A stretch of DNA of 63,065 nt, counting the filler, from an uncultured bacterium (GTDB lineage: Bacteria; JAGOEH01), in the NCBI GenBank assembly GCA_964632485.1. It is 3 parts of 3 records of this genome, joined end to end, with 100 filler letters (N's around TTAATTAATTAA, not from the genome) between each part and the next. Parts side by side here need not be neighbours in the genome. Positions count along the whole stretch, not along the records: positions 1 to 27,200 come from CAZWDO010000035.1; 2 more parts are not named here. One strand, 5' to 3'. Each line of letters starts with the position of its first letter. Within the stretch, counting starts at the first letter, position 1. The position numbers and the translations under genes were made by a program. Shown piece after piece: positions 15,462-26,076 of this stretch. The notes under the pieces are model-generated. The model saw only the letters and a list, made by a program, of their open reading frames with translations, was not told the origin of the DNA and made no database searches.

Positions 15462-15490
15462 ATAATAAGAGAAAAAAAGCCGAATGTCAA
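15462..15490 (-). promoter_or_regulatory. sigma70-type promoter of archease-rtcB-glgA
   Basis: TTGACA-N17-TATTAT on the minus strand, with the -10 box 6 nt before the archease ATG. Confidence 0.65.
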
Positions 15491-15498
15491 GAAAAAAA

Positions 15499-15527
15499 TT
15501 GACATGTAATTTTCTTTGTATTATATT
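15499..15527 (+). promoter_or_regulatory. sigma70-type promoter divergent from archease
   Basis: TTGACA-N17-TATATT. Confidence 0.7.
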
Positions 15528-15792
15528 GTTTATAGATTACTTTTTGTTTATCAGTTGAGATTCAGAGATGGCTCAGCGGTCAATTTGTTTAAAAAGTAGT
15601 GGAAATGAAATCTAATGCCGATTTGATAGCGTTTAAAGATTCAAGCTGGCTGAAGGAATGACTTAAGCGGACCTCAATTGCTTATATTGGGTATCTTTTG
15701 TAAGGAGTTTGGCGTGTGGCGCATTGACGATAGCGCGTTACTTGAAAATGTTGATAATTTCAGGCTTTTAAGAAGAAACAGGAGGGATTTTA

Positions 15793-16779
15793 ATGCGCAT
15801 TGCGCGATTTTGGAGAGAACTTGACAATAGTATCGAATGCTTGTTGTGTCCGCGTCACTGTCATTTAAGTGAGGGACAGACGGGAACGTGTCTGGCCAGA
15901 AAAGTGCTGGATAGTCAGTTAATGAGTTTGACGTATGGACAAACGGTTTCGATTGCTTTGGATCCTGTTGAAAAAAAACCGTTTTATCATTTTTTTCCGG
16001 GAAGAAATATTCTCTCTCTGGGTCCGAATGCCTGTAATTTACATTGTGTTTTTTGCCAAAACTGGCAAATTTCCCAAGTCATCAATCCGACCCGCACGGT
16101 TGATGTTGAGCTTTTAATACAGCAGGCTTTGGACAATCAAAGTGTTGGCATCGCTTTTACGTATGCGGAGCCGTTGATGTGGGCTGAGTTCATTTTAGAT
16201 TGCGCGCCGAGGTTGCGAGAAAAAGGCCTTAAAATTGCTATGGTTTCCAATGGTTATGCGCAGGAATCTGCCATGCAGGAAATCAGCCATTGGGTCGATG
16301 CCTGGAATATCGATTTAAAAGGGTTCTCGGAGGAATTTTATCGTAAGTACACGACCGCTACGCTGGCGCCGGTATTAAAATCGCTGGAAATTGCCGCGCA
16401 GAGTTCGTGGCTGGAAATTACTAATCTGGTGATTCCGGGATGGAATGATGATTTAACCATGATCAGGGCGATGTGCCGATGGATTGCCGAGTTGAATCCC
16501 CGCATCCCATTGCATTTTTCGCGCTATTATCCCAATTATCGGGCCCATCAGCCAGCGACTTCCGAAAAACTATTGATGAATTGTTATGAGATTGCCAAAG
16601 AATATCTATCCTATGTTTATTTGGGTAATATAGCGATCCGCGGCAAATCCGATACAGTTTGTTCAAATTGTGGAAATATGCTGGTACAGCGCCTGGGATA
16701 TCAAACAAATATCCTGGGTTTGACTGCTATAGCTCAGTGCGCTCAATGCGGAACTGATCATGCTTTTATACTCTCATAA
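15793..16779 (+). CDS. amrS: AmmeMemoRadiSam system radical SAM enzyme
   Basis: N-terminal CLLCPRHC...C, DPVEKKPFYHFFPG, CNLHCVFCQNWQISQ, PLHFSRYYP, YVYLGN, C-terminal CxxC pairs. Confidence 0.92.
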   Translation: MRIARFWRELDNSIECLLCPRHCHLSEGQTGTCLARKVLDSQLMSLTYGQTVSIALDPVEKKPFYHFFPGRNILSLGPNACNLHCVFCQNWQISQVINPTRTVDVELLIQQALDNQSVGIAFTYAEPLMWAEFILDCAPRLREKGLKIAMVSNGYAQESAMQEISHWVDAWNIDLKGFSEEFYRKYTTATLAPVLKSLEIAAQSSWLEITNLVIPGWNDDLTMIRAMCRWIAELNPRIPLHFSRYYPNYRAHQPATSEKLLMNCYEIAKEYLSYVYLGNIAIRGKSDTVCSNCGNMLVQRLGYQTNILGLTAIAQCAQCGTDHAFILS

Positions 16780-16821
16780 ACACTGTTTCAATGAAATTCG
16801 GTGGCATATTATTTTACAGCG

Positions 16822-18162
16822 CTAATTTTTTTTGAGCCATTGAGCGATATCGGTAATAACTTCTTTTTTTACGTGGCCGGGAACCATATATTCCTGCGGA
16901 ACGCTCATTCCTTCGCCTTCCATGAACAAATGATTGAGTGAAGGATAATTGATAAAAGTGGCGGTTTTTTTGCCTTCAAGGGCATCCTGCCATCCTTTAT
17001 AGTCTAAGAATATGGTTTGATAATCGCGGCGACCCTGAATGACCAGGATCGGCTGGTTTATTTTTTTGATAAGCGACAGAGGATCGTAATTCCTTAAATC
17101 CAGCCAATAGGAGGCAGGTGTCTGAAAAGGGAGCCTGGTCGCGGGAGTATAGGCGTTCAGGGAGTCGCTTTTGACTAAAATAATTTGCTGCCTTAATGTA
17201 TCCAAGCGTTTTTTGTTGAGATCTGCATTTTTAATATCCTGACCCCAGACATAATTCATTTGCTCCCAAAGGACGTCTTCCAACGGACGAGATGTGGCCG
17301 CCATTAGAATATAGCCGGCGAATTTATTATCCTGTTCGGTGATGCGGGGAATTAACTGACCTCCCAGGCTGAAGCCTAAAAGGAAAATTTTTTGTGGATC
17401 GATACTTTTCTGAGTGCGTAACAAGCGAGCGGCGGCTAAGGCATCGTCCACTAATTCTTCCTGAATGGTATATTGATTGGTCCGGGAAACGGCGCCGCCA
17501 TAGACAAAAGAACGCTTATCATAGCGGAGGGTGGCGATTCCATTTTGCGCCAGCCCCAGCGCCAAATCCTTGAAAATCTTATTGGGACCTATCGATTGGT
17601 CGCGATCCTGGGGCCCTGAACCGGGAATCAATAATATTACTGGAACCGGGTTTCCAGGTTGTACGGGAATTGTCATGATAGCCGGCAAACGGTATCCCTC
17701 GTGAACGATCTCCAAATTAATCTCCCGATAGTTCTCTTTATTAATGTAATCCGGAATCTCGTAGGCGATCGGTTTTTCTTTGGGAGCGAAGTTCACTTGA
17801 ACAATTTTACGGTTGTCCTTTATCATCAGCCGCACAAAAAGCGTGTTCTTCTCAAAATTGCATGGGACGGTCACAATATGAAGCTCTTGTTGTTTTTCAT
17901 ATAAAATATCACCCATTTGCTTGAAGGAACCTAATTCCTTTATAGCTATCGCCCATTGATTGCGCATAAAATCCTGAGTGTACTTTTCGGTCATATAGCT
18001 GTCCAGGTATTCATAGGCCTCTTTATATTGATTGCTGATCAGATTACCGGTGAATTCTTTTCCACGCATAATAATCTCTGATTGATCCGGTTTACGATTG
18101 CAACCCATGAATAGTCCGCTTATAGTAAAAATGACTATCGTTCTGAAAACCAATTTCAGCAT
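16822..18162 (-). CDS. lipoprotein alpha/beta hydrolase with DUF3887-like N-domain
   Basis: Start MLKLVFR with lipobox LFMGC; GSGPQDRD, GFSLGG nucleophile, GRRDYQ, NHLF. The ORF-track start (18420) overlaps the upstream gene. Confidence 0.85.
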   Translation of the reverse strand: MLKLVFRTIVIFTISGLFMGCNRKPDQSEIIMRGKEFTGNLISNQYKEAYEYLDSYMTEKYTQDFMRNQWAIAIKELGSFKQMGDILYEKQQELHIVTVPCNFEKNTLFVRLMIKDNRKIVQVNFAPKEKPIAYEIPDYINKENYREINLEIVHEGYRLPAIMTIPVQPGNPVPVILLIPGSGPQDRDQSIGPNKIFKDLALGLAQNGIATLRYDKRSFVYGGAVSRTNQYTIQEELVDDALAAARLLRTQKSIDPQKIFLLGFSLGGQLIPRITEQDNKFAGYILMAATSRPLEDVLWEQMNYVWGQDIKNADLNKKRLDTLRQQIILVKSDSLNAYTPATRLPFQTPASYWLDLRNYDPLSLIKKINQPILVIQGRRDYQTIFLDYKGWQDALEGKKTATFINYPSLNHLFMEGEGMSVPQEYMVPGHVKKEVITDIAQWLKKN

Positions 18163-18254
18163 ATTTTGTTTCTCCTTCTGGTTCTTTCCAATTTGGCAAT
18201 TAAAGAGCCTAAAATAATAAAATTTATTAGTTTTGTCAATACTAATTTTAGCTA

Positions 18255-20069
18255 TTATGACTCCACCAGACCTTTTTGTCGCAGTTGTTCTAAAAGATGG
18301 CGGACTTGAGCTTTCAAGGCGATGCCGTTCGATGAACGGAGAATGATCTGCAAATGCGGGACTGCTTCCTGAAATTGGTTCTGATCGATGCAGGCTAATG
18401 CCCATGCATAGTGTAACCACATGGCGCTAAATGTTTCAGGGTCTAAATCAATTCCCTGTCGCGCGGCGTGGACGATTTCCTCCGGATTATTTTCACCTTG
18501 CCACGATTTGACTAATCGAACGAAAATTTGCTGTATCGCCGGAAATTCGGAATACTCCTGGATGAATTTCAACCAGACAATCACACTTTGGCGCCAGTTT
18601 GCCTGTTCCAAAGCCAATTGACCCTGAGCAAAAAGATCGAGCATCTCCAGTTGGTCGCCGATTTTTTCAATGATACTCAGCCAGTCAATGAGGTCATTAT
18701 ACGCCGTAGCGCGAGTGTAGCGTGATAAAACCTGTTTGAAATAAGGCATGGCGTTGATATAGCGCTGCTGATAAAACTCGAGTTTTCCAAGGATAAACAG
18801 AATATCACCGATTTTTTCGGCATCCTGCAAATATTGGGTTTGCAGTTTATGAAAATAAGCCTGGGATTCTTCTAACTGCCCCAGTCGTAGTAGTAACTCA
18901 CCTTTTAGCCATTCAATTTGCCATTGGTTTTGCTTATCAATATAGCGGATATCGATTGAATCGATCATGGAAAATGCCTCTGGGTAGCGATTCAGATTTA
19001 AATATAAACGCGCCAACTGATATCGGGCCTCATTGCTGGTTTGGGGCGATGAGGAGCGCATTATAGCGTAACGGTAGTATATCCCGGCGGAATCTATCAT
19101 TCCCTGGTCTTCGTAACAGCGGGCGACCTCGGTGGCAGTTTCAAAATGATATTCATTGTTTAAGGAATGGAGTATTTCGACCGCATGTTCATAATCGCGC
19201 TCTTCCAATGTAAGCCGGGCCAGTTGGTATAGAATTCGGCCTTTGGCGTTCAGCTCGCGGTCCAATTCCCGATAATGGGTGTATGCTTGCTTGAATTCGC
19301 CCCGCAAATACTGGATTTTCGCGATGAGTAACCGCAAATCATTGTTGTCGGCGCTATTTTTTTTGGTTTTGTTTCTGAAATATTCAAAATAGGATGCGCT
19401 TTGGATCGACCGATCCTGAAGAGTGTTGATTAAAAACTGTCGATGATTATAGTGAACTTGGGGTTCCTTTTTGTCAGTTAAAAACTGAAGAATCTCATCG
19501 ATGCTTTTTTCAGTCTCTCCTTCAAGATCGTAAAGATTTGATAACTCAAAGGCTAACAGGGCAGGGCGTTGACGATTTTTCCTAAAATAGGCGATCATTT
19601 CAATCGCGCTTTCACTTTCGCCCCAGCCCACCAGCTTTTCAAAAGCCATCTGAATCTCATCATCATTAGCCTGTGTATTATGCGCCCATTCTAAAATGAT
19701 CGGACCCGCCGGTTTGGGAGGGGTCTCTGTCCGAATAAATTCTGCCAGCTTCCGGTAAGGGAAAAACTGAGCGGGGGCTTGTTTAATCATGTTTTGATAC
19801 ATCGCGCTAATTTTTTGGCGCTGTCCCATCGCTATGTAAATCTCTTCCAGTTTGTCGATTAAACGAAGATTGTTGGGTTTTTTGAGCAATAGCTTTTCAG
19901 CTTCATTTTTCGCCCGTTCAAATTCTTTTTCCGCTATCCATATATCGATATTGGCTAAGGATTGAGTTAGGGCTCCATCCTCTATTCGGATAACCGTAGT
20001 GGCCTGTTGGGATTTCAGGGATAGTTGCAGAGAAATACTTATAATAATGAAAGCAATCATCCTTTTCAT
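18255..20069 (-). CDS. exported tetratricopeptide repeat protein
   Basis: Signal peptide and many TPR-like helical repeats (ARYQLARLYLNLNRYPEA). Confidence 0.8.
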   Translation of the reverse strand: MKRMIAFIIISISLQLSLKSQQATTVIRIEDGALTQSLANIDIWIAEKEFERAKNEAEKLLLKKPNNLRLIDKLEEIYIAMGQRQKISAMYQNMIKQAPAQFFPYRKLAEFIRTETPPKPAGPIILEWAHNTQANDDEIQMAFEKLVGWGESESAIEMIAYFRKNRQRPALLAFELSNLYDLEGETEKSIDEILQFLTDKKEPQVHYNHRQFLINTLQDRSIQSASYFEYFRNKTKKNSADNNDLRLLIAKIQYLRGEFKQAYTHYRELDRELNAKGRILYQLARLTLEERDYEHAVEILHSLNNEYHFETATEVARCYEDQGMIDSAGIYYRYAIMRSSSPQTSNEARYQLARLYLNLNRYPEAFSMIDSIDIRYIDKQNQWQIEWLKGELLLRLGQLEESQAYFHKLQTQYLQDAEKIGDILFILGKLEFYQQRYINAMPYFKQVLSRYTRATAYNDLIDWLSIIEKIGDQLEMLDLFAQGQLALEQANWRQSVIVWLKFIQEYSEFPAIQQIFVRLVKSWQGENNPEEIVHAARQGIDLDPETFSAMWLHYAWALACIDQNQFQEAVPHLQIILRSSNGIALKAQVRHLLEQLRQKGLVES

Positions 20070-23000
20070 GGTGTGCTCCTGGCGGGGGATTGGGTCTGAT
20101 TTTGAAAATGGTTCATCAGTTGATTAAAATAGCTTTTGATGAGTAGATCGTAGCTTGCGGGATATTTTTCTTTAAGCGCTTGTAGTATCATTAATTTATG
20201 TAGATTTTGATCGTTCAGTATCTGCTCGGACAATTCTGCTGGAGATACTGCTGTCAGGGGTATTCCAGTCTCCGCTTTTCTTTTTTTACTCATTTCCCGT
20301 TCACGGAGAGATTTTTCTGAATCGAGCATCCGGGAGAGAATGCGTTGATTTCGTTCCATCAGGGGCTGGTCGATTTTCTGGTTTTCCATATCCAGCGCGC
20401 TCTGTTTCATATCTTCAACGGTTTGATTCATCCTGCCCATTCCCGGTTCATCTTTCCCTTCCATTTGCTGCATATATTCCTGTAGTTGGCGGGCGATTTC
20501 GCTTTGTTGCAACGCCATCTGTTTGAGACGCTGCTGTTGTTGCACGGAAAGCTTTCCATTACCCATCCCCATGCGGTTCATCAATTCCTGTAGCGACTGG
20601 TTGATTTGCTGCTGCATGGATGACATCTGCTGCATTCCCGCCATTGGCATGGGCATCGGATTTGAGCATTGCTTTTTAGACTGCTGCATATTTTGAATAT
20701 TCTGGTACATCTCCATCGCGGCCTGATTGATCGCTTCAAGAGCCAGGGTACGGGCCTGTTGAGCGCGGTGGATGCTTTGCTGTGGATTTTGGCCGGGTTG
20801 AAATGATTGAGACTTGACATTTTCATTTAGAGCTTCCTGCATGGCCATCATCGATATACCTAAAGCTTGCAGGGATCGCCCGGTAATTTCAGTCCTCACT
20901 TTAGACCAGGACATAACGGAATCAGTAGTCTCGCGGACTGTTTGATAGATATCGTCCTGTTGCTGATTTTGGCGGTTCGGATTGTTTTCGGCGGCATTCC
21001 GGTTCCGTTCAAACTGCTGGTTCAATTCTTCTTGCTGACCGCTGGTATGTAAGAGATTTTGGTACATCTGCTCCAGTTTGGCCATCAATTGCATAATATC
21101 CGCCATTTCCATATTTTGGCGCATTTTACTCATTGAATTTTTCATCTCTTTCATATCCTGTCTTAACTTCTGAGACATCTTCTGCGCCGATTTCATCTGC
21201 TGGTTTTGCATCTGTTGCTGGATATCCTGCATTTGTTGCTGCATTTGCTTGGTATCCATCTCTTTTTGTAAATTCTGGGCTTCTTTTTCAAATTGGCTTT
21301 TGCTTTCTTTCAGCAATTGCTCTAAATCTTTCATGTCCTGCTTAAGGTTTTGCGCCTGGTCCTTCAATTGCTCCTGTTTTTTTTGCAAATCCTGGCGAGT
21401 ATCCTGAGGAGTGGATGGTGGGTTGGAATTTTCGCTTTCCTTCTTGAGTTTTTCTTCGATTTGAGCTTGCGATTTTTCCATTGCATCGAGCTTTTTTTCC
21501 ATTTCGCTCAGTTTTTGTTCAGCTTGCATCTTTTTTAAGAGCGCTAAGGTGCGATCCAGTTTCTGCATAAAATCTTGTTGATCTTTGCGAAGGTTTTCCA
21601 GCGCCTGTTGCATTTTTTGCGGATCGTTCATGTTTTGTTTCATTTGATCCAAAAGTTTTTGCAGACGTTGCGGATCGATTTCCTTTAATATTTTTTCAAT
21701 CTCTTTCATCTTTGTCATTGTCTGTTCAGTCAATGTCTGGTTTTCTTCCATTTTTTGGATCAATTCCTCTATATTTTCTGTGGCTTTTTGCGTTTCACCT
21801 GCTTTTTCCTGGAGTCGGTCCACTTGGTTCATAATGTCTTGCTGCTGTTCCCAGGATAACTGGTTTTCCTTTTTCAGCGCTTGCTGGTACTCATCGAGCT
21901 GTTTTTGCATACGTTCCATATCCCGGTAGTTTTTCTCCATTGCCGTAATATTTTCTTCCTGAGCTTTCTCAATTTCCGCCATTATTTCAAAAACTGAGGG
22001 GAAACGCAGGGTATAAACCTGAGTCATACTTTTTTTAGGTCCGCTAATCCGATCATTGTCAAATGCGCAGATATAGTATGAGACAACATCTTCAACCATG
22101 AGATTCTCCGGGCGCAAATCCCAGACAAATCCACTGACTGTCTCTTTTTCTCCGGATTTAAGCGGGATGGAAATACGAGCGGTCTGCTCATTCCGGTCAT
22201 TCAACCAGTAATGGAGTTCCAATTGACTGAGTCCGTAATCGTCGGACGCGAAAACCTGGATGGGTACGATCATCTCTTCGGTCAAATCGATATCCCTGCC
22301 GGGAAAGATCAAGCGTACCATCGGATAGAGATCGGGTTGAATATTTAAATAATAGCGAACGGGATTGGGAGTCCGAAGATCATGGGTATCAATGAAATTG
22401 TAATAAAAGGAACCATTGATCCGCGCATCAAGTTCCCCGGTAATCCGCATATCCGCGATCATTAACTTGCTGATTGATGAATCGTTGAAAACCAGTTGCG
22501 CTTCTTTTAAGGGTTTTGTAGGAACCAATTCAAAGTGAATAATACTGCCTTTAAGCGCAATCAAATCTCCTCCCACATCGTGAAGTATCTGCTTGGTTTG
22601 TTGTGTATAGGCTGGAGGAATGATTTCGAAAGTGATAGAGCTTATTTCCGGGAAATCGGTTAAGGAAAGCCGATAGGTCCGGCTGGATGAAAATCGGTTG
22701 CGAACCCGGTATTCAGTATCCTGACGCAAAGCCCTCAAATCGAAATAATAGATTTCGGCGCTATCTTTTGTCATGCGTTCCGATTGGAAGGTTTCAGACT
22801 GCGCCGGTTTATAATCGAGCCAAAACATGTCTGCCTGTGGAGAATGGCTGATAGCGCGGATACGGATTGTACTGTTTTTAAGTATTGTCGTATCCCCCGG
22901 AGTCACTCTAAACAGTTCGGAACGCGGGATTAGATTTTGATTCCAGGGGGCGAGTATCCGCTGATAATGAATTCCAAAATCATCAATAAATATAAGTGGA

Positions 23001-23485
23001 ATCAAAAATAAAAGCAATCCGGTTAAAAAAATCCACCCATAACTTTTTCGGAATAGGGCGGGAATTAAAACTCTGGGTGAAAAATCTGCCAGTTTCTGCT
23101 GAGTGCGTTGAATTAATAGTTGGGTGAGTTTCTCATCAGTCCCAGGATATTCTCTGGGTAAATCATAACTGTTTTGGAGAAAATTGTGGTGATCCGAGTA
23201 CTGCTTCTCGGCCTGTATTAAAAATCCTCTGAAGCGATATTTGGCGCCAAAAGGAATAAAAAAGCGGTGATAAAGCAAATAGCATAATAATAACCACCAT
23301 AGCCCCGCGCTCAACCATTTCCCCGTTGCGGGCCAGATGAAATGAAAATCCAGAAATCCGAGCGCTTGCATCAAAATCAGCCATAACCCCGCCACTAATA
23401 AAAAATCATAATATAAGGTCAGGGTTAAATAGCGCCTATAAAACCGATGAAGTGTGGCATTAAATTCTCTATATGGTAGGTTCAT
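20066..23485 (-). CDS. DUF4175-like membrane-anchored protein with long Q/M-rich coiled coil
   Basis: N-terminal TM helices, Ig-like section with SDDYGL and AFDNDRISGPK, coiled coil, RILSRMLDSEKSLRERE. Confidence 0.75.
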   Translation of the reverse strand: MNLPYREFNATLHRFYRRYLTLTLYYDFLLVAGLWLILMQALGFLDFHFIWPATGKWLSAGLWWLLLCYLLYHRFFIPFGAKYRFRGFLIQAEKQYSDHHNFLQNSYDLPREYPGTDEKLTQLLIQRTQQKLADFSPRVLIPALFRKSYGWIFLTGLLLFLIPLIFIDDFGIHYQRILAPWNQNLIPRSELFRVTPGDTTILKNSTIRIRAISHSPQADMFWLDYKPAQSETFQSERMTKDSAEIYYFDLRALRQDTEYRVRNRFSSSRTYRLSLTDFPEISSITFEIIPPAYTQQTKQILHDVGGDLIALKGSIIHFELVPTKPLKEAQLVFNDSSISKLMIADMRITGELDARINGSFYYNFIDTHDLRTPNPVRYYLNIQPDLYPMVRLIFPGRDIDLTEEMIVPIQVFASDDYGLSQLELHYWLNDRNEQTARISIPLKSGEKETVSGFVWDLRPENLMVEDVVSYYICAFDNDRISGPKKSMTQVYTLRFPSVFEIMAEIEKAQEENITAMEKNYRDMERMQKQLDEYQQALKKENQLSWEQQQDIMNQVDRLQEKAGETQKATENIEELIQKMEENQTLTEQTMTKMKEIEKILKEIDPQRLQKLLDQMKQNMNDPQKMQQALENLRKDQQDFMQKLDRTLALLKKMQAEQKLSEMEKKLDAMEKSQAQIEEKLKKESENSNPPSTPQDTRQDLQKKQEQLKDQAQNLKQDMKDLEQLLKESKSQFEKEAQNLQKEMDTKQMQQQMQDIQQQMQNQQMKSAQKMSQKLRQDMKEMKNSMSKMRQNMEMADIMQLMAKLEQMYQNLLHTSGQQEELNQQFERNRNAAENNPNRQNQQQDDIYQTVRETTDSVMSWSKVRTEITGRSLQALGISMMAMQEALNENVKSQSFQPGQNPQQSIHRAQQARTLALEAINQAAMEMYQNIQNMQQSKKQCSNPMPMPMAGMQQMSSMQQQINQSLQELMNRMGMGNGKLSVQQQQRLKQMALQQSEIARQLQEYMQQMEGKDEPGMGRMNQTVEDMKQSALDMENQKIDQPLMERNQRILSRMLDSEKSLREREMSKKRKAETGIPLTAVSPAELSEQILNDQNLHKLMILQALKEKYPASYDLLIKSYFNQLMNHFQNQTQSPARSTP

Positions 23486-23581
23486 TAATATATCCTCTCT
23501 GGTACCTTGTGATAGGAATTAAACTATTCGGCAGTAAAAAAGTTTCTTTAAACACGGTTACTCCTTACTATGGAGAACCGT

Positions 23582-24439
23582 CTATATTCGGGGGCGAAAA
23601 CCTTCTCCCAATACTTCATGAACTTCATTAATAATAACGAATGCATCTTTATCAATTTCCTGCACAATATGCTTGAGTTTACTGATCTCTTTGATGGCAA
23701 TGACGCAATATAAAATCGGCCGGTCCTGATGAGTATACATACCCTCACCATGGATTACAGTTCCGCCCCGGCCCATTTCAACAATGATTCGTCCAGTGAT
23801 CTGTTCAATCTGATGGCTGATAATAAAAACAGATGCGGCATAATTCCAGCCTTCGATGATCGTATTGATAATTTTACCGGAAATGAACAGCCCGACAATG
23901 GCATAAAGCGAAAGGTCAATGTTTTTGAAAATAACGGCAAAAAGAAGCGCCACAGCGCCGTCGATTACCAGAAAGGTTGTCCCGGGTTTGATTTGCAAGT
24001 ATTTATATACAATTTGCGCGATAATATCCGAACCCCCGGTTGTTCCCCGTTGGCGGAAAATAATGCCTAAACCGACACCGATTAAAACGGATCCGTAAAT
24101 CGTTGCCAGCATAATATCATCGGTCAATGAGGGGAGTTTGACTATTTCCTGATAAAAATCGGTGAAGAGAGAACTGGTCATAAACCCGACAAAGGTTCGA
24201 ACTCCAAATGTTTTACCGATTAAATAGATTCCCAGAATAAACAGAGGGATATTGAGTGTTAGCCCGACTAAACCTACCGGGGATCCGAACAGGTAATGCG
24301 CAATCATGGATAATCCGCTGACACCACCAGGTGAAATTTTGTGGGGTATAAAAAAAAGTACCATAGCTAAGGCGTATAAATTGGCGCCGAAAACTATCAA
24401 TATCAGCTCGATAGTCAATTCTTTGGATCGTTTTAACAT
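23582..24439 (-). CDS. YitT family membrane protein
   Basis: GGVSGL, NIPLF, GTTGGSDI, RGGT...GEGMYT, DKDAF...EVLGEGF. Confidence 0.92.
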   Translation of the reverse strand: MLKRSKELTIELILIVFGANLYALAMVLFFIPHKISPGGVSGLSMIAHYLFGSPVGLVGLTLNIPLFILGIYLIGKTFGVRTFVGFMTSSLFTDFYQEIVKLPSLTDDIMLATIYGSVLIGVGLGIIFRQRGTTGGSDIIAQIVYKYLQIKPGTTFLVIDGAVALLFAVIFKNIDLSLYAIVGLFISGKIINTIIEGWNYAASVFIISHQIEQITGRIIVEMGRGGTVIHGEGMYTHQDRPILYCVIAIKEISKLKHIVQEIDKDAFVIINEVHEVLGEGFRPRI

Positions 24440-24449
24440 ACAACCTCGT

Positions 24450-24743
24450 TTATTCTGGTTGGGTTAGTACTATTTCAAGAGCGCCCCAACCTCCCGAAAA
24501 GGGAGGGGCTTCATGAATTTCTTCTATTCCTGGGAGTTGATTCAGTTTTTTCAAAACCAGCGCTTTTTGCACGCCTTTTCCCTTACCGGTAATGATGCGA
24601 ATATGAAAAATTCCCTCGCGCCGACATGCTTCTAAATAGGATTCCACTACTGGAATAGCATCTCGGGGATTGAATTGATGCAGGTCCAGTTCCCCGTCAA
24701 TGGGGATAATGAATCCATCGTCGGCCAAATTTTCCGAACACAT
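24450..24743 (-). CDS. stand-alone Smr domain protein (start uncertain)
   Basis: IDGELDLH, RIITGKGKG, GGWGA. Confidence 0.88.
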   Translation of the reverse strand: MCSENLADDGFIIPIDGELDLHQFNPRDAIPVVESYLEACRREGIFHIRIITGKGKGVQKALVLKKLNQLPGIEEIHEAPPFSGGWGALEIVLTQPE

Positions 24744-25591
24744 AATAACAAATGACCCCTGTAGCGATACCGGCAATAACATCAATTAGATAATGAGCGC
24801 GGATGTAAACGGTCGAAACAAACAAACCCAGGCAGTTAATGCACAATGCCCAGCGCCAGGCATCTTTCAGCCGGAAAAGCGCATAGAGGAGGACTAATGT
24901 CTCAATTGCGACATGAGAACTGGGAAAGGCGCCACTGGGTATCTCAATATTGTTTTCGATATAACCTAGAATTTGGTAGAAAAAACCACCGGTTTCCTTG
25001 AATATGGACGCATCAAAATAAAATTGTGGTCCTGCGCTGGGCACTAAATTGAAAAAAAGATAGCATACCATAAACGTACCCAGTATCACCCAGACAAAGC
25101 NNNNNNNNNNNNNNNATGAATTCCTGGCGCTGGCGTTTATAATAGTGAATGGCAATGACAACTCCGAGGTAATAATGTCCCAGATAAAAGAAAGACATTA
25201 ATTCACGGCACCCCAACGCTGGACACCAATTATAAAAATTCAGAGATGGCTGACTCTTAAAAAGCCATTCTTCCAATTTCGCCAGAAATGGATCGATATC
25301 CGCCGGGAATAATATGCTCTTAAAATAGATTGTTTCTAAATAATAAATATACATATAAACAAGCGCTGACCAGTTATGAATAAAGGTCAGCCATTGTAAC
25401 GGACGGATTCGGTTTATCACAACTATTCCGACGGTCAGGACGATAATCGATAGATGAAGGATCAAGAGCTCCCAATGATGCTGAACCTTGTCTCCAAAAA
25501 ATAAAATAAGCATGATTATAATGGAATTATATATCAGAGTCATGATATCAATGACCTCAATCGCTTTGGGTCTTATCGATTTTTCAGGCAC
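24697..25591 (-). CDS. PAP2 superfamily membrane phosphatase/phosphotransferase, split only by the N gap at 25101-25116
   Basis: Multi-TM protein; PSAGP, AFPSSHVA, HYLIDV motifs. Confidence 0.82.
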
Positions 25592-26076
25592 ACTCTTCCT
25601 TTTTTTGTAGGTTGATACGTATCGGTTCCCATTTCCATTTTCCAGTTAGCCTGCTAATATTTGGGACTTACCTTGATCGTATGGGTAGTTTATCAGCTTA
25701 TCCCTATTGTATGAATAGAGTTCTTCTGATTTCTTATCCAATAATAAAAAAAAATTGCCTGAAAGTCAAGCCATTTTGGAGAAAGCCGAATCATTATTTT
25801 AAACCTGAAAATTGCTTATGACTAAGTATTGAATCGACAATTTATTGCCCAATATTCAATCAGAATGTTCTGATCGGATTCCGTATCGCTCTACTCAAGA
25901 CCTCACAGAAGATTATTTTAATTGCTGAGTTTTCATGGTTTATGATATGTGACTTGCAATTTTCAGTTTAAATATTAAAAGGAGAATCACCCAAATTACT
26001 ATGGTGTCAAAAAAAAAGGATTAATAGTGATAGCAAATAGGGGATAAGGGATTTGACGATACGCTGGCTATCAAAG

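Noticed and set aside
25101-25116. Frameshifts in the PAP2 gene (and in the BNR protein at 47461-47470)
   Set aside because: Both coincide with scaffold N gaps of estimated length, so they are not evidence of pseudogenes
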